DNA from: a virus
Strand: one strand, 5' to 3'
Length of the DNA stretch: 64,000 nucleotides
Virus record (IMG/VR): IMGVR_UViG_3300034358_000044
Coordinates: 96,001-160,000 of that record
In this document: piece after piece, positions 17,693-27,329 of the stretch
Position numbering within the stretch: position 1 is the stretch's first letter
Layout of the letters: each line of letters starts with the position of its first letter
Program-made: the position numbers and the translations under genes
Notes under the pieces: model-generated
Databases searched by the model: none
What the model saw: only the letters and a program-made list of their open reading frames with translations
What the model was told of the DNA's origin: nothing

Positions 17693-17780
17693 GGGTAACC
17701 CTTCTTGGCGATGAAACGGCAATAGCCGTCCTTGCCCGGAGGCAAAGCGGCTTGGTCTCTTAGAAGTTGTTCCTGCGGGT

Positions 17781-17825
17781 AGTCCCCACTCAGTCACCCG
17801 TTGCAGCGGGCTTCGTGCGGGGACT
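17781..17825. other. nested hairpin in the intergenic region upstream of dnaB
   Basis: AGTCCCC...CCCG-TTGCAG-CGGG...GGGGACT. Confidence 0.4.
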
Positions 17826-17855
17826 CTCGTACAAGGTGCCGCAGGCCAGAGTCAA

Positions 17856-18155
17856 CTAGAGGCCGGGCACACCATCAGGTTGGGAGTCAGAGAATGCCTC
17901 CACGCTACTGGTGGTAGTGCCCTCGCTGAACAACGTGGTGAGGATGTCCTTTTCCACGCTGTCAAGGAAAGCCTTCATCTTCTCCAACGTCTCGGTGCTG
18001 TAGTCTCCGTACTTGGAACCAGCACCGTAGCGTACTCCTGTAGAAGAATTGCAGAAGGCGAACTTGGTCGTGACGACTTCCCCAGCGAGGAGGTTGATGC
18101 TCAACTCCCCGATGGTGACGCTGTCGATGCGGCAGATGCCTTCGGACTTGGTCAT
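17856..18155 (-). CDS. hypothetical protein
   Basis: 99 aa, start overlaps the upstream stop. Confidence 0.7.
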   Translation of the reverse strand: MTKSEGICRIDSVTIGELSINLLAGEVVTTKFAFCNSSTGVRYGAGSKYGDYSTETLEKMKAFLDSVEKDILTTLFSEGTTTSSVEAFSDSQPDGVPGL

Positions 18156-18538
18156 CAGTACCTCTGGCCGCGTGCAGCAGCTTCCTGGCGCTTCTGCTCC
18201 AGGATGGGAGCGAGCTCGTTCTCCGCCCTCTGCCGGTTCTCCATGGCGTAGCCACGGGCGAGCTCGGCAGCCAGCGTCACCGCTCTGTCGATGGTGTTCT
18301 GATCTTGGTTGCAGGTGAGCGTGATGGTCACCATGGCCGAAGCCCCGGTGCCGAAGTCCTTGATGCCCATGTCTGCTGAGACCGAGACACGGGAGAGACC
18401 GTTTCCGACAACCTGTTCGTATGCGTCCATGAGCTCCTTCGGGACTTCCCCGGTGAAGGTGTAGTTGATGTCGGGACTACCCTTGACGGACAAGGTCATC
18501 CCACCAGAAATCTTCGGCTGTTCTCGTTGAATGTCCAC
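18155..18538 (-). CDS. hypothetical protein
   Basis: 127 aa, tightly packed in the operon. Confidence 0.7.
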   Translation of the reverse strand: MDIQREQPKISGGMTLSVKGSPDINYTFTGEVPKELMDAYEQVVGNGLSRVSVSADMGIKDFGTGASAMVTITLTCNQDQNTIDRAVTLAAELARGYAMENRQRAENELAPILEQKRQEAAARGQRY

Positions 18539-18540
18539 AG

Positions 18541-19149
18541 CTAGTCCCTGACCTTCTTATCCCCGAGGAAGTGAACCTCCTTGGGTCCTCGAACCTGAGG
18601 GGTGGACTCCTTCTCATCGTAGGCACCGGTCACCACATCGTCGAGCTTGTTGGCCCTGAGCCAGTTCAGCACGCCGTCGTAGTTGATGTCCCACGCCTGC
18701 TTCACCAACGGGACGCTGACGCCGTCCTTGTTGAGGGCCTTGAGCCCCATGAGGCGATCTTCGAGTCCGTGGTTCCTGACGAGCTTGAAGAGGGAGTCCG
18801 CATCGAACCCTCTCTTGGTCACGGAGGTGACGGTGAAGCCCTTGTACTCGACGCCCGTGGACTTCCCATCCGGTCCTCTCCACTGGGTCGGCGCTAGCAC
18901 CACGGCTTGACGGAGAGCATCAGCCGCGCTCTTCCTCTTGGCGTTGTAGTCCTCTTGCTTGGCGCGCAGGTCGTCCCAGAGGAACTTCCACGAGGCTAGG
19001 GCCTTCTCGTTGTCCCATTGAGCCATCTTGCCCAGCTCGAAGAGGAAGATTCCGCTGGTGATGATCTCCTCTGCATCCTGCCATGCCTTCTCCGCTTCGA
19101 GAAAGGCATCGACTGCGATTTCGTAGTCTTTCTTCTCTGACATGTTCAT
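18541..19149 (-). CDS. hypothetical protein with coiled-coil N-terminus
   Basis: start moved to ATG 19149 (ATGA overlap with the UDG stop). Confidence 0.7.
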   Translation of the reverse strand: MNMSEKKDYEIAVDAFLEAEKAWQDAEEIITSGIFLFELGKMAQWDNEKALASWKFLWDDLRAKQEDYNAKRKSAADALRQAVVLAPTQWRGPDGKSTGVEYKGFTVTSVTKRGFDADSLFKLVRNHGLEDRLMGLKALNKDGVSVPLVKQAWDINYDGVLNWLRANKLDDVVTGAYDEKESTPQVRGPKEVHFLGDKKVRD

Positions 19150-19988
19150 CCTCTCTGCGGCATGGGTGTTCCGAAGTACTGCCTTCGAAGGAAGTCGACC
19201 GCCTTCAGACCGAGCCTCCAGTCCTTCACGGTCTTGGCGTAGTCTCCGTTGGGCTCGTTCCAGTCCGCCTTCCTGAGTAGGTAGGAGGGATGGTAGATGG
19301 GCAGCACCGGGTAGGTGACTGGTCCCAGTCGGCCAGGGAACTCGACGTCGTAGATGCGACCACGTGCAGCGGTGATCTTCACTTGGTTCTTCCTCATGAG
19401 CGCCGACAGGGCAGAGTTGCCACAGGCGACGATGAGGAGTGGATCCACGATGTAGACGATGTTCATGAGTCTCGGCCAGCAGGCCTTGATTTGGTGGGCG
19501 ACCGGAGTCTGGTTCTCTGGGGGCCGGCACCCTATGGCATTCGTGACGAAGAACTCGTTGTACCGCCACTCACGAATGGCGTCGTGGTAGGCCTGCACCT
19601 TCTTCACGTTTCGCACGCCATGGCTGATGGAGGTGTACTCCTCCTGCCATGCCCGGATGACGGGGTCCGCTGAGGTGAAGGCCAGAATCTGATTCAGAAG
19701 CTGGCCGGACTTCCCAACGAATGGAATCCCGGTCTCATCCTCTTCAGCTCCTGGTGCCTCACCGACGATGAGGATGTGCGCGTCCGGGTTGCCATGACCG
19801 AAGACGATGTCCTTCCGACCAGTGCATTCCCGCATCTCTCCCAGGTTGCACTTCGTGCAGCCGTACCACTGGTCATAGAGGGACTGCAGCTTGTCCAGCT
19901 TCGACCCATTGAAGATGGGAAGCTCAGGTGGTGGCTCCTTGACCTTCTTCTTGTACGTCTTCTTCGGCGGTAGAGCTTCAGTGTCCAT
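19146..19988 (-). CDS. family 4 uracil-DNA glycosylase
   Basis: start moved to ATG 19988; CTKC...C, VGEAPG, PFVGKSG, CRPPEN, YHPSYLLR. Confidence 0.93.
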   Translation of the reverse strand: MDTEALPPKKTYKKKVKEPPPELPIFNGSKLDKLQSLYDQWYGCTKCNLGEMRECTGRKDIVFGHGNPDAHILIVGEAPGAEEDETGIPFVGKSGQLLNQILAFTSADPVIRAWQEEYTSISHGVRNVKKVQAYHDAIREWRYNEFFVTNAIGCRPPENQTPVAHQIKACWPRLMNIVYIVDPLLIVACGNSALSALMRKNQVKITAARGRIYDVEFPGRLGPVTYPVLPIYHPSYLLRKADWNEPNGDYAKTVKDWRLGLKAVDFLRRQYFGTPMPQRG

Positions 19989-19990
19989 TC

Positions 19991-22507
19991 TCAGTCCTCG
20001 ACCACTTCTCCTCTCGCGGGGAGAGCAGCGAATGCGATGTTGTAGGCCTCCTCTACGGAGGGTGGAAGAGTGTCTGGTACCCTCATGGGCTTCACGATTT
20101 GGTAGGGGTAGTTCCACTCCTTCAGACTTCTCTTGAGCGAGCCCAGCATCCTCTTGAAGGAGGGGACCATCCAATCGTCGAAGACGATCATGATGGGATC
20201 CTTCTTGCCCGGTCTCTCGCGCTGGATGCGCCCCATCGACTGCTGGAGAGCAATCTTCGAGCGGAAGGGGGTCAGCCAGAAGAGGGTGTCGAGCCGGTCA
20301 TCGTCCACTCCAGTGGACCCGAGCTTGGCGATGGCGAAGCAGATGTTGCTGTCCCGAAGGACGTCCATGCGCGTCGTCCTGTCCGTCTCCCCCACGATGA
20401 GGGCAGACCCAGGGAACATTGCGTGGAAGAGCTTGAGCTGGTCCTTGGAGTGAGAGAGGCACAGGACCTTTCTGCCAGCCTCTACAGCCGCCTTGATGCT
20501 GTGGTAGCGGTAGATGTTGCCCGCCTTGTTCCTACCCAGAGCGGTTCGTAGGAGGGAGATGTTGGTGGTCCCGTTGAGCTCGCTCTCCGCAGAGTTCATC
20601 ACCGTAGGTGTCTGCTGGATGAAGATCTTCGGAATCAAGTCCTGTTGAAGGTCCGTGTAGAACGGCTCCCCCAAGTGGTACCGGTAGATGGGGTCCAGCC
20701 CGTCCTCTCTCCGCACGGTGGCGGTGAGGCCGATGCGGTCTCCGTAGAAGGGGGAGGCGGTGAGGCTAAACTTCGGAGCCCCAATCTGGTGGACCTCGTC
20801 GTAGATGACGAGTCCGAAGTACCTGAACACTTCCTCAGGTACGGAGCCGCTGTCGATCCGCATCCAGAGAGTGGTGACGAGAGCTAAGGTGATGGGCTTG
20901 GCCCAGTTGAAAACTGGTCCCTGAATCAGCCCCATCTCCCCCTCAAAGCTCAGCCCCTTCACGATGCCCTTGTCGGGGTTGCCGTAAATCGACTCCTTCC
21001 ACTGCTCAAGAATGCCACCATCTGGTACAATGACGAGAGTAGGCACTCCCTTCTGGGCAACCTTCTTGAGGGCGAGGCGGGTGTTGTGGGTGGGGATGTA
21101 GTCCTTTGCGAGAAAGAGATGGTCTGGACTATCTACTGAGATGCAGGTGGCAAGGCCTTTTCCTTGGAAGATAACGGACTCTACAGCACGGTACGGTTCT
21201 CTCTGCCTTGAGGGTGGCAGCTTCTCCAGTTTTCGAGAGAGCCTGAAAAGGGGCATCCCCTTCGGCAGCTTTATGAGGAGTCTGAAACTGGGGAACTCTT
21301 TCCCGTTGCAGGTCGTGATTCGGTGCTGCCTAGTGCAGGTACCCCCTAGAGACAAAACCATGTCGGTCATGTCGTCTGCGAGTTGAGTTGACACAGTGGC
21401 ATACTCTGCTGCTCCTGCAGCAGTCGGACTGCCGTCAGTGTCGAGTAACCCTTGAATGACTGCAAGTCTGTCCCAACTACTGGAGTACTTGTACAACGGA
21501 GGAACGAACTTATAGTGTGCCGTGTGCCCCATGAGGCCAAGCTTCTGAAGAAGAACTGGAAGCCTGGACTCTTTCTGCGTCTGAGCATCACTATATGACA
21601 TCGAGATTCGATACGTCGTCGCCCTTCCAGAGTGCCTACCCGTAACCACCATGAAACGGTGAAGTGGTGGTAGTTTCATGAAGGACAACATCTCGCCGTC
21701 CATTGTAGTGAACTCAACGATGTTCGGTCTGGAGAGATGCCCATCTCCCAGAAGTGCTCCCAACGTATATGGGTCTACTTCAAGGTCCCCAGGCTGCCAC
21801 TCTACTGGAGCTATGGTTGGGAGATAGAAGAGGCGTCCTGCTGCTCCTTGGAGCGGCTTCTGAAGAAGGTCCTTCGTAGTGAGTGTTACAGTTGGCTTGC
21901 CACGGGTCCTCCTCAGAACGAAATTCCACTGATGGTCTGCATCGCAATCTAGATGTGTACCATCAGTGAAGGACACTCTGTAGATGTCCCTCTCGCCTTG
22001 AGGAAAGACTCCGACGACCTTGTAGGACCTACCATTGGTCCCTACTACTTGGTCCTCCATCGTCACCTGTTCGATGGGTATGAACCCTCTGGCTGTAAGG
22101 ACGTTCTGTCCGTGAGCCAGTGCTTTGCCTTTCCCGCAGCCCAGGTTGAGGATGCCATTGTCGTTGAGGGCTAAAGCATGCCACGCCTTCTCCTGCTCCT
22201 CATCACGAGGAACGACGTGATCCTCGAAGACGACCTTCTGGAACTCCGGGCGCAAGTCGATGAAGGGGAACTTGTACCTGGGGTAGTGTGAGGCGGGGAT
22301 GAACTCTCGTGGGCATACGAGATGGTGTTGCGTCTCGTGCCACATGCTCATCTTCACCTGTGCGACTTCACCCTGTTGATCTTTGCCATTCACAAGGAAC
22401 TCAAGGGCCCGCTTGACCGGCTCCGTCCGAATCTGTGACTTCGGAAGCCAGAGCCGATCAGCGAGGTACGCCTTTGAGGGATCCTTGGGGACGTAGAGCA
22501 AGTTCAT
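19991..22507 (-). CDS. SF2 helicase (XPB/UvsW-like) interrupted by an intein
   Basis: GCGKGK|intein|T, YDEVHQ, IGLTATVRRED, LGSTGVD, QQSMGRIQR. Confidence 0.9.
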   Translation of the reverse strand: MNLLYVPKDPSKAYLADRLWLPKSQIRTEPVKRALEFLVNGKDQQGEVAQVKMSMWHETQHHLVCPREFIPASHYPRYKFPFIDLRPEFQKVVFEDHVVPRDEEQEKAWHALALNDNGILNLGCGKGKALAHGQNVLTARGFIPIEQVTMEDQVVGTNGRSYKVVGVFPQGERDIYRVSFTDGTHLDCDADHQWNFVLRRTRGKPTVTLTTKDLLQKPLQGAAGRLFYLPTIAPVEWQPGDLEVDPYTLGALLGDGHLSRPNIVEFTTMDGEMLSFMKLPPLHRFMVVTGRHSGRATTYRISMSYSDAQTQKESRLPVLLQKLGLMGHTAHYKFVPPLYKYSSSWDRLAVIQGLLDTDGSPTAAGAAEYATVSTQLADDMTDMVLSLGGTCTRQHRITTCNGKEFPSFRLLIKLPKGMPLFRLSRKLEKLPPSRQREPYRAVESVIFQGKGLATCISVDSPDHLFLAKDYIPTHNTRLALKKVAQKGVPTLVIVPDGGILEQWKESIYGNPDKGIVKGLSFEGEMGLIQGPVFNWAKPITLALVTTLWMRIDSGSVPEEVFRYFGLVIYDEVHQIGAPKFSLTASPFYGDRIGLTATVRREDGLDPIYRYHLGEPFYTDLQQDLIPKIFIQQTPTVMNSAESELNGTTNISLLRTALGRNKAGNIYRYHSIKAAVEAGRKVLCLSHSKDQLKLFHAMFPGSALIVGETDRTTRMDVLRDSNICFAIAKLGSTGVDDDRLDTLFWLTPFRSKIALQQSMGRIQRERPGKKDPIMIVFDDWMVPSFKRMLGSLKRSLKEWNYPYQIVKPMRVPDTLPPSVEEAYNIAFAALPARGEVVED
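21083..22123 (-). mobile_element. class 3 intein with LAGLIDADG endonuclease, 347 aa, in helicase Walker A
   Basis: starts with Ala (ALAHG); block B DADHQW, block F ATCISV, block G IPTHN/T (W-C-T triplet); GALLGDG and QGLLDTDG motifs. Confidence 0.9.
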
Positions 22508-22534
22508 GAGTCTCCAAGTACCACAAGCTGCCAG

Positions 22535-23128
22535 CTACTTGGGCAGCTCGTACTTCGGTTGAGGCTGCACGTCTATGACCTTCGGTTGTGGAGGTTGGGG
22601 TGGGAGCACCATCTGTCTGACTGCGAGGAAGCACTGCCCGAAGAACGACTCCAGCATGGCAAGCCCTGCGTTCTTCACTACTCGCTCCATGAACGATTCT
22701 TCCCCCATCTGCGGTCTCATTGGTGGAGGCGCAGAGTGGATGACTTGCTGCATCGGGTCCTGAATCCACCCGTAGCCATACTGCTCTGGGGGTGGATAGA
22801 CAGAGGGCCTCTGTGGATAGAGGTTCTGTGGCGCTGCTACTGGGACTTGGGGTCGGTACTGCGGGACCTGTTGGACCTGTTGCGGAGCGGGAGCGTACTG
22901 AAGAACTGGTGCAGGTTGCGGAACGGCATACGGCTGGTACACCTGGTACTGAGGCTGCGGGGCTGGAGCCGCCATCTGCCTCATGGAACTCGCCCTGATG
23001 ATTTCTTCTTTGCACGAAGTCTGAAAGCTACAACTTCGGCATTCCCTTGCGTTCTCATCGAAAGACTTCGCCCAGCATCGGGGTCTTTCGGAGAGTTGTG
23101 AAGAAGGAGTTCCGTATTGGTACTGCAT
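22535..23128 (-). CDS. P/Q-rich protein with N-terminal 4-Cys cluster
   Basis: ATG 23128 with AAGGAG RBS; CWAKS...CRSCSFQTSC; first gene of the left arm. Confidence 0.7.
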   Translation of the reverse strand: MQYQYGTPSSQLSERPRCWAKSFDENARECRSCSFQTSCKEEIIRASSMRQMAAPAPQPQYQVYQPYAVPQPAPVLQYAPAPQQVQQVPQYRPQVPVAAPQNLYPQRPSVYPPPEQYGYGWIQDPMQQVIHSAPPPMRPQMGEESFMERVVKNAGLAMLESFFGQCFLAVRQMVLPPQPPQPKVIDVQPQPKYELPK

Positions 23129-23165
23129 TCTTTCTCCTTTCTGGGTTAACAACGGACTTCAAGAG

Positions 23166-23194
23166 CCTTATGCCTAGAACGCATTGGACTTTGC
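23166..23194 (-). promoter_or_regulatory. candidate phage promoter GCAA-N16-GGCATAAGG (site 1)
   Basis: plus strand CCTTATGCC 23166-23174 and TTGC 23191-23194; upstream of the left arm. Confidence 0.65.
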
Positions 23195-23281
23195 TCTGGC
23201 GTTTTCATTGCCAATGTAGGCGAGTAGGACCTACACTCCTCCGGAAGCTGTGACCTCTCTGAATCCGAAGAAGGAGTTCTC

Positions 23282-24988
23282 ATGAAGACCGCTGGCGTCG
23301 TGTTCGACTTCTACGACGATGCATCTGGGACGCTGCTGAAGGCGGCCTTCCCCACTCCCGACGAGCTCCCAGAGATCATCAAGGAGGCCCACATCCTCAA
23401 CTCGAATGAGCGAGACGTTCTTCGAGACGAGGCCTACGCCCTGGTGATGTCCAACAACGGGCACATCCTCCGCAAGTTCGCCTGCGTCGATGCCGGCAAC
23501 ACTCTGCTCTCCTGCCTCTACTTCGAGGAGAACGCCCAGAAGCTGCCGGAGGAGGCGGTGAAGGTGGCCGCCGTCAACCTCGCCTCCTTCTGCGAGGACT
23601 TCGGTTTCGAGCCAACCAACTTCGTCAAGATGGCGGCGGCGACCCAGAGTCGCACCAGGGACTCCATGAGGCAGCCCATCGTGGGAGACGAAGCCGACTG
23701 GGCACAGAGGACCAACCTCGTCTCGGTGCGTGGCGGTGCCGACAGTGGGCGTGTCATCCCCACTGCCAACCAGATGAAGACGGCCCAGGTCAAGACAGCG
23801 ATGTCCAGCTTCGCCAAGCACGTTGGTGGTGGGGCCGCTCTGGGGGGTGCTCTTGGGGTCGCAGGTGGGTCCAAGAAGGACGAAAACGGAAAGACCAACA
23901 AGCTCTATGGAGGTCTGACCGGTGCGGCAAGTGGTGGCTTCTTGGGGGCCTCTATTCACAGCATCCGCAACGTGGGCAACGAGATCGGCAAACAGGTTCG
24001 GCACGGCCACACCGGCAAGCCCCTGACTGACAAGGTCAAGACTCTGGCCGAGACGGACGTACAGAAGGTCCCGAAGAAGCTGAAGGATGTGGAGGAGTAC
24101 CTGCAGGCCTTCCCCCAGAAGGAAGTGAAGGCCTCAGTGCAGAAGCTCGCTGGGGGACAGGTTCTCACGGACGACAAGAAGGACAACGGGCCGGAGAAGA
24201 AGAACCCTGACATGCTGAACAGGGCGACGATGAAGGACAAGAACACCTTCGCTGTGGGAACCGGACAGGGAGACCTGGAGGTCAACTACAAGTCTCTCCC
24301 GAAGATCGCCATGGTGGTGGACGTCTCCAACAAGGAGCCAGTTCACAGGTTCGAGAAGAGGGCCTCGAAGCGTCACGCTCTCGGCACCAGCTACCCCCTG
24401 GATTCCTACCAGGACGTGAAGGCTGCGGCACAGTACTTCGACGACTACTACGGACAGTTCAACCCGGCCGACCGCCACGAGTACGCCGTGAAGACCGCCT
24501 CTCGTGCAGACGAGCTCGGCATTGCCACCAGCGAGCTTCTTCAGCGGTACGGCTCCACCGAGTACGCCCCGGACATCGACGCCCATCTGGCCAGCCGCAA
24601 GGCGGCAGCCCCCATGTTCGGCGCTGTGTATGACGCCATGCGAGAGAAGCGGGCGGAGGTCTCACCCGAGGTCTTCGTCGAGCTCCTGCAGAAGGTTGAT
24701 GAAGAAGCCGGCCTGAACTGGTACTACGGTGGGGACGTGACTGACCCCTACCTGGCGACCTTCGGCGGCAAGGAGAAGGCAGCAGCTTCCGAGTGGGCTT
24801 GGGAAGGCCCCAACGGGCAGGCGCTGACGGCGGAGCACCTCCAGGGCCTGGCGGAGTCCACAGGGTTCAAGAAGTCCTTCGATCAGGAACTCGTCTCTGA
24901 GTTCTGCAAGGATCCGACTACCATCTTCGACTCGCTGCCGAACGACACGAAGAACCTCATGGCCCGTATGGCGCTCTCGGAGGAATGA
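23282..24988 (+). CDS. probable virion head protein with many K-x-A/S motifs and a Gly/Ala-rich insert
   Basis: AAGGAG RBS; KTA, KVA, KMA, KLA, KIA, KRAS, KTAS. Confidence 0.6.
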   Translation: MKTAGVVFDFYDDASGTLLKAAFPTPDELPEIIKEAHILNSNERDVLRDEAYALVMSNNGHILRKFACVDAGNTLLSCLYFEENAQKLPEEAVKVAAVNLASFCEDFGFEPTNFVKMAAATQSRTRDSMRQPIVGDEADWAQRTNLVSVRGGADSGRVIPTANQMKTAQVKTAMSSFAKHVGGGAALGGALGVAGGSKKDENGKTNKLYGGLTGAASGGFLGASIHSIRNVGNEIGKQVRHGHTGKPLTDKVKTLAETDVQKVPKKLKDVEEYLQAFPQKEVKASVQKLAGGQVLTDDKKDNGPEKKNPDMLNRATMKDKNTFAVGTGQGDLEVNYKSLPKIAMVVDVSNKEPVHRFEKRASKRHALGTSYPLDSYQDVKAAAQYFDDYYGQFNPADRHEYAVKTASRADELGIATSELLQRYGSTEYAPDIDAHLASRKAAAPMFGAVYDAMREKRAEVSPEVFVELLQKVDEEAGLNWYYGGDVTDPYLATFGGKEKAAASEWAWEGPNGQALTAEHLQGLAESTGFKKSFDQELVSEFCKDPTTIFDSLPNDTKNLMARMALSEE

Positions 24989-25473
24989 TGCACGCTGCAA
25001 CCTACTCTGCGTTCAAGCAGGAACTCAGCAAGATCTCTTCTGGATGGGAACATGCAGCAGAGCTTGGTGGTCTTGGCCTGTTGGCGGCTCCGAGCGTTGG
25101 CCATCTTCGTGGAAAAGAGTGGAGTGAGAAGAACAAGTCCAAGGCGGAAGTTGCAGGTCTTGGAATCTTGGCAGCCCCGACCGCCTACAAAGTGATGAAG
25201 AGCGGGGTCAACAAGCTTCGAGGGGTCGCCCCATCGATCATGAAACATGCTTCGGTGGGACTGGCCGATGGGGCTCTGGGTCTCTTCAAGAAGGCTGACG
25301 TCTGGAACGCCAACACTGGGGCAATTCAAGGAGCTGCTTCTCTGAATCGCGGGGTTGCGACTGTCGCTGCTGCGAAGCCCAAGTTCGACGCGAAGGCGCT
25401 GGCGAACGCCTACAAGAATTCTGGTATCAAGCCTGGGATTCAGTCCGCAGCCAGGATGGTCTCCAGACGCTAA
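24985..25473 (+). CDS. leader-bearing small basic, Gly/Ala-rich protein
   Basis: (M)MHAATYSAFKQELSKIS leader; hydrophobic GGLGLLAAP and GLGILAAP segments. Confidence 0.7.
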   Translation: MMHAATYSAFKQELSKISSGWEHAAELGGLGLLAAPSVGHLRGKEWSEKNKSKAEVAGLGILAAPTAYKVMKSGVNKLRGVAPSIMKHASVGLADGALGLFKKADVWNANTGAIQGAASLNRGVATVAAAKPKFDAKALANAYKNSGIKPGIQSAARMVSRR

Positions 25474-25482
25474 GGATGGTCG

Positions 25483-26418
25483 ATGGTTTCTCCAGAACAA
25501 GATCTCTTCGACAGGCTCAAGGGCGCCGAGACCGTGAAGCCCACGGCCTCGTTGGAGAACTCTGCCGTGGCGAAAGACTTGGCCGCTGAGAGCAAGGACT
25601 CCACCACTGCAGTCACCCTGCGTAACCTCTTCACCCATCAGGACTCCCACCCAGTTGTCTTGGACTTCGCCCTCCTGAAGGCCTTCGGTCTGGAGTGGTA
25701 CGGGTGGGAGGCGGAGACCATCTGGGCGGAGGTTCGGCGCGTTTTCCAGATGCATATCTCAGAGGTGAACCGGGCGAAGGTTAACACTCTCAAGACGCTG
25801 CACGTCTCCAACACTCCGTGGGATCACTGGCAGGTCTTCGAGAAGATCGTCCAGGGACTGAACAACGTCGTTCCGCATTGGGGTTTCATGCAGGCCCCAA
25901 CCCTGGAGCAGCTCTACTCCGCCATCGACATGCTGGAACACATCAGGACTGTCGAGTTCAGCCATGAAGTGAAGGCGTACATCGCTACGGCGGTTCTTCA
26001 CGAAGAGGTCACCTTCGTTCCTCCTCCACTCAGCTTTGTTCAGCTCGAAGTCTCCAAGCCGTACTACCACTGCAAGGACTGCGGCCACGAGTACTCTGCT
26101 CTCTTCCATGACGGGTTTTGCGACTCCTGCACCCAGAAGATGGACCATGAGCAGGGGCTGTCGATGAAACCGAAGCAGGAACTTCTCAATCAGGGCATCG
26201 GCAAGAACATGGAGACCCGCCTACGGCATGACCCTGAGGCGGTGCAGAAGCGGTGGGATGCAGTAGGTCATCAGCCCTTGGAGAAGATCGAGCTCGAAGA
26301 GACTGAGGTCGACATCCAAGTGGCCAAGCTCTTGGTCGCTCGCGACTACATGAACGTTCGCCGGAGGCAGCTCACGGAGCAGCTCGTGACCCTCAAGGCC
26401 TGGCTGGGAGCCGTATGA
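25483..26418 (+). CDS. hypothetical protein with CxxC...CxxC
   Basis: 311 aa, CKDCG...CDSC. Confidence 0.75.
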   Translation: MVSPEQDLFDRLKGAETVKPTASLENSAVAKDLAAESKDSTTAVTLRNLFTHQDSHPVVLDFALLKAFGLEWYGWEAETIWAEVRRVFQMHISEVNRAKVNTLKTLHVSNTPWDHWQVFEKIVQGLNNVVPHWGFMQAPTLEQLYSAIDMLEHIRTVEFSHEVKAYIATAVLHEEVTFVPPPLSFVQLEVSKPYYHCKDCGHEYSALFHDGFCDSCTQKMDHEQGLSMKPKQELLNQGIGKNMETRLRHDPEAVQKRWDAVGHQPLEKIELEETEVDIQVAKLLVARDYMNVRRRQLTEQLVTLKAWLGAV

Positions 26419-27320
26419 ACGCCATCAGCATGGCCGCCTTCATCACTGAGATGGAGAAGATAGCTGACATTCACATTGGGGACAGCACGCATCCCATCAG
26501 GTCGGCCGGACTGTTCATTGGTACCGAGTCCGACCACGATGCGAAGGCCATGGTTCTCCAAAAGCTGTTGGAGAAGCACAAGTCCCTCAACAAGTCCCGA
26601 GCTGAATACCAGAAGCTCTTCCCCGATGACTATGTCACTGGGGCAATGCACTTCGACAAGACTCACTCCGGCAAACCGACACTTCACTTCCGTGTCGGGC
26701 GGGCTGGTGGTGAAGGACAGAGTGACTTCTACAACGCCGTTTTCTCGGAGGCGATGAAGAGAAAGACCGCAGGCCTCTTGAGAAATCTCGGAGCGCCCAT
26801 TCGCTCCTCAGGAAGGTGGATGGGGAAACAACTGGGGGGTATAGCCAAAGACGTTAAAGGTGTGGGCAAGGACGCCTTGACTCGTCCTCTGGCTGCTTCT
26901 CGTGAGGGGCTCGCAGAAACCGTCAAGCAGGTCACGACCGGCCCCAAGTTCTTTCGAGGTCTCGGAGGACTGGGACTTGCCGCCCAAGGAGCCCAGACAT
27001 TCTCTGACGCCAAGAATCTTGCTCCGAGTGTAGACCCCACTGGGGCAAAGCGTGGTAGAGGTGAGAGAATCGGTCAGCTTGCTGGAACGACCATGGGCGG
27101 CTTTATCGGCATGAAACGTGGAATCACAGGGTCCCTAGTGTCGAGTGAAGCAGGGCGTATTGGGGCAGGATTGATTGGAAGAGGAGTAGACAGGGCCATT
27201 GGTGCAGCACGTGGGATCAAGCCTCCGGCCCCTACCTCTATCCTCAATGACCCATCCATTCTCAACAACCCCAACGCTCTTCATAATGTTGGGATGAGAA
27301 CTTTCGGTTCTCGTGGGTAA
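26415..27320 (+). CDS. leader-bearing protein with Gly-rich hydrophobic C-half
   Basis: MNAISMAAFITEMEKIA leader; internal KTA; GxxxG-rich. Confidence 0.7.
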   Translation: MNAISMAAFITEMEKIADIHIGDSTHPIRSAGLFIGTESDHDAKAMVLQKLLEKHKSLNKSRAEYQKLFPDDYVTGAMHFDKTHSGKPTLHFRVGRAGGEGQSDFYNAVFSEAMKRKTAGLLRNLGAPIRSSGRWMGKQLGGIAKDVKGVGKDALTRPLAASREGLAETVKQVTTGPKFFRGLGGLGLAAQGAQTFSDAKNLAPSVDPTGAKRGRGERIGQLAGTTMGGFIGMKRGITGSLVSSEAGRIGAGLIGRGVDRAIGAARGIKPPAPTSILNDPSILNNPNALHNVGMRTFGSRG

Positions 27321-27329
27321 GGAGCAGCG

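Noticed and set aside
18555-18584. Fifth promoter site (TCTTATCCC...TTGG)
   Set aside because: Mismatched core, off-register second element, and inside a coding region
19146-19988. Uracil-substituted genome as in PBS1/AR9-type RNAP phages
   Set aside because: ThyX plus an intact-looking family 4 UDG point to ordinary thymine DNA
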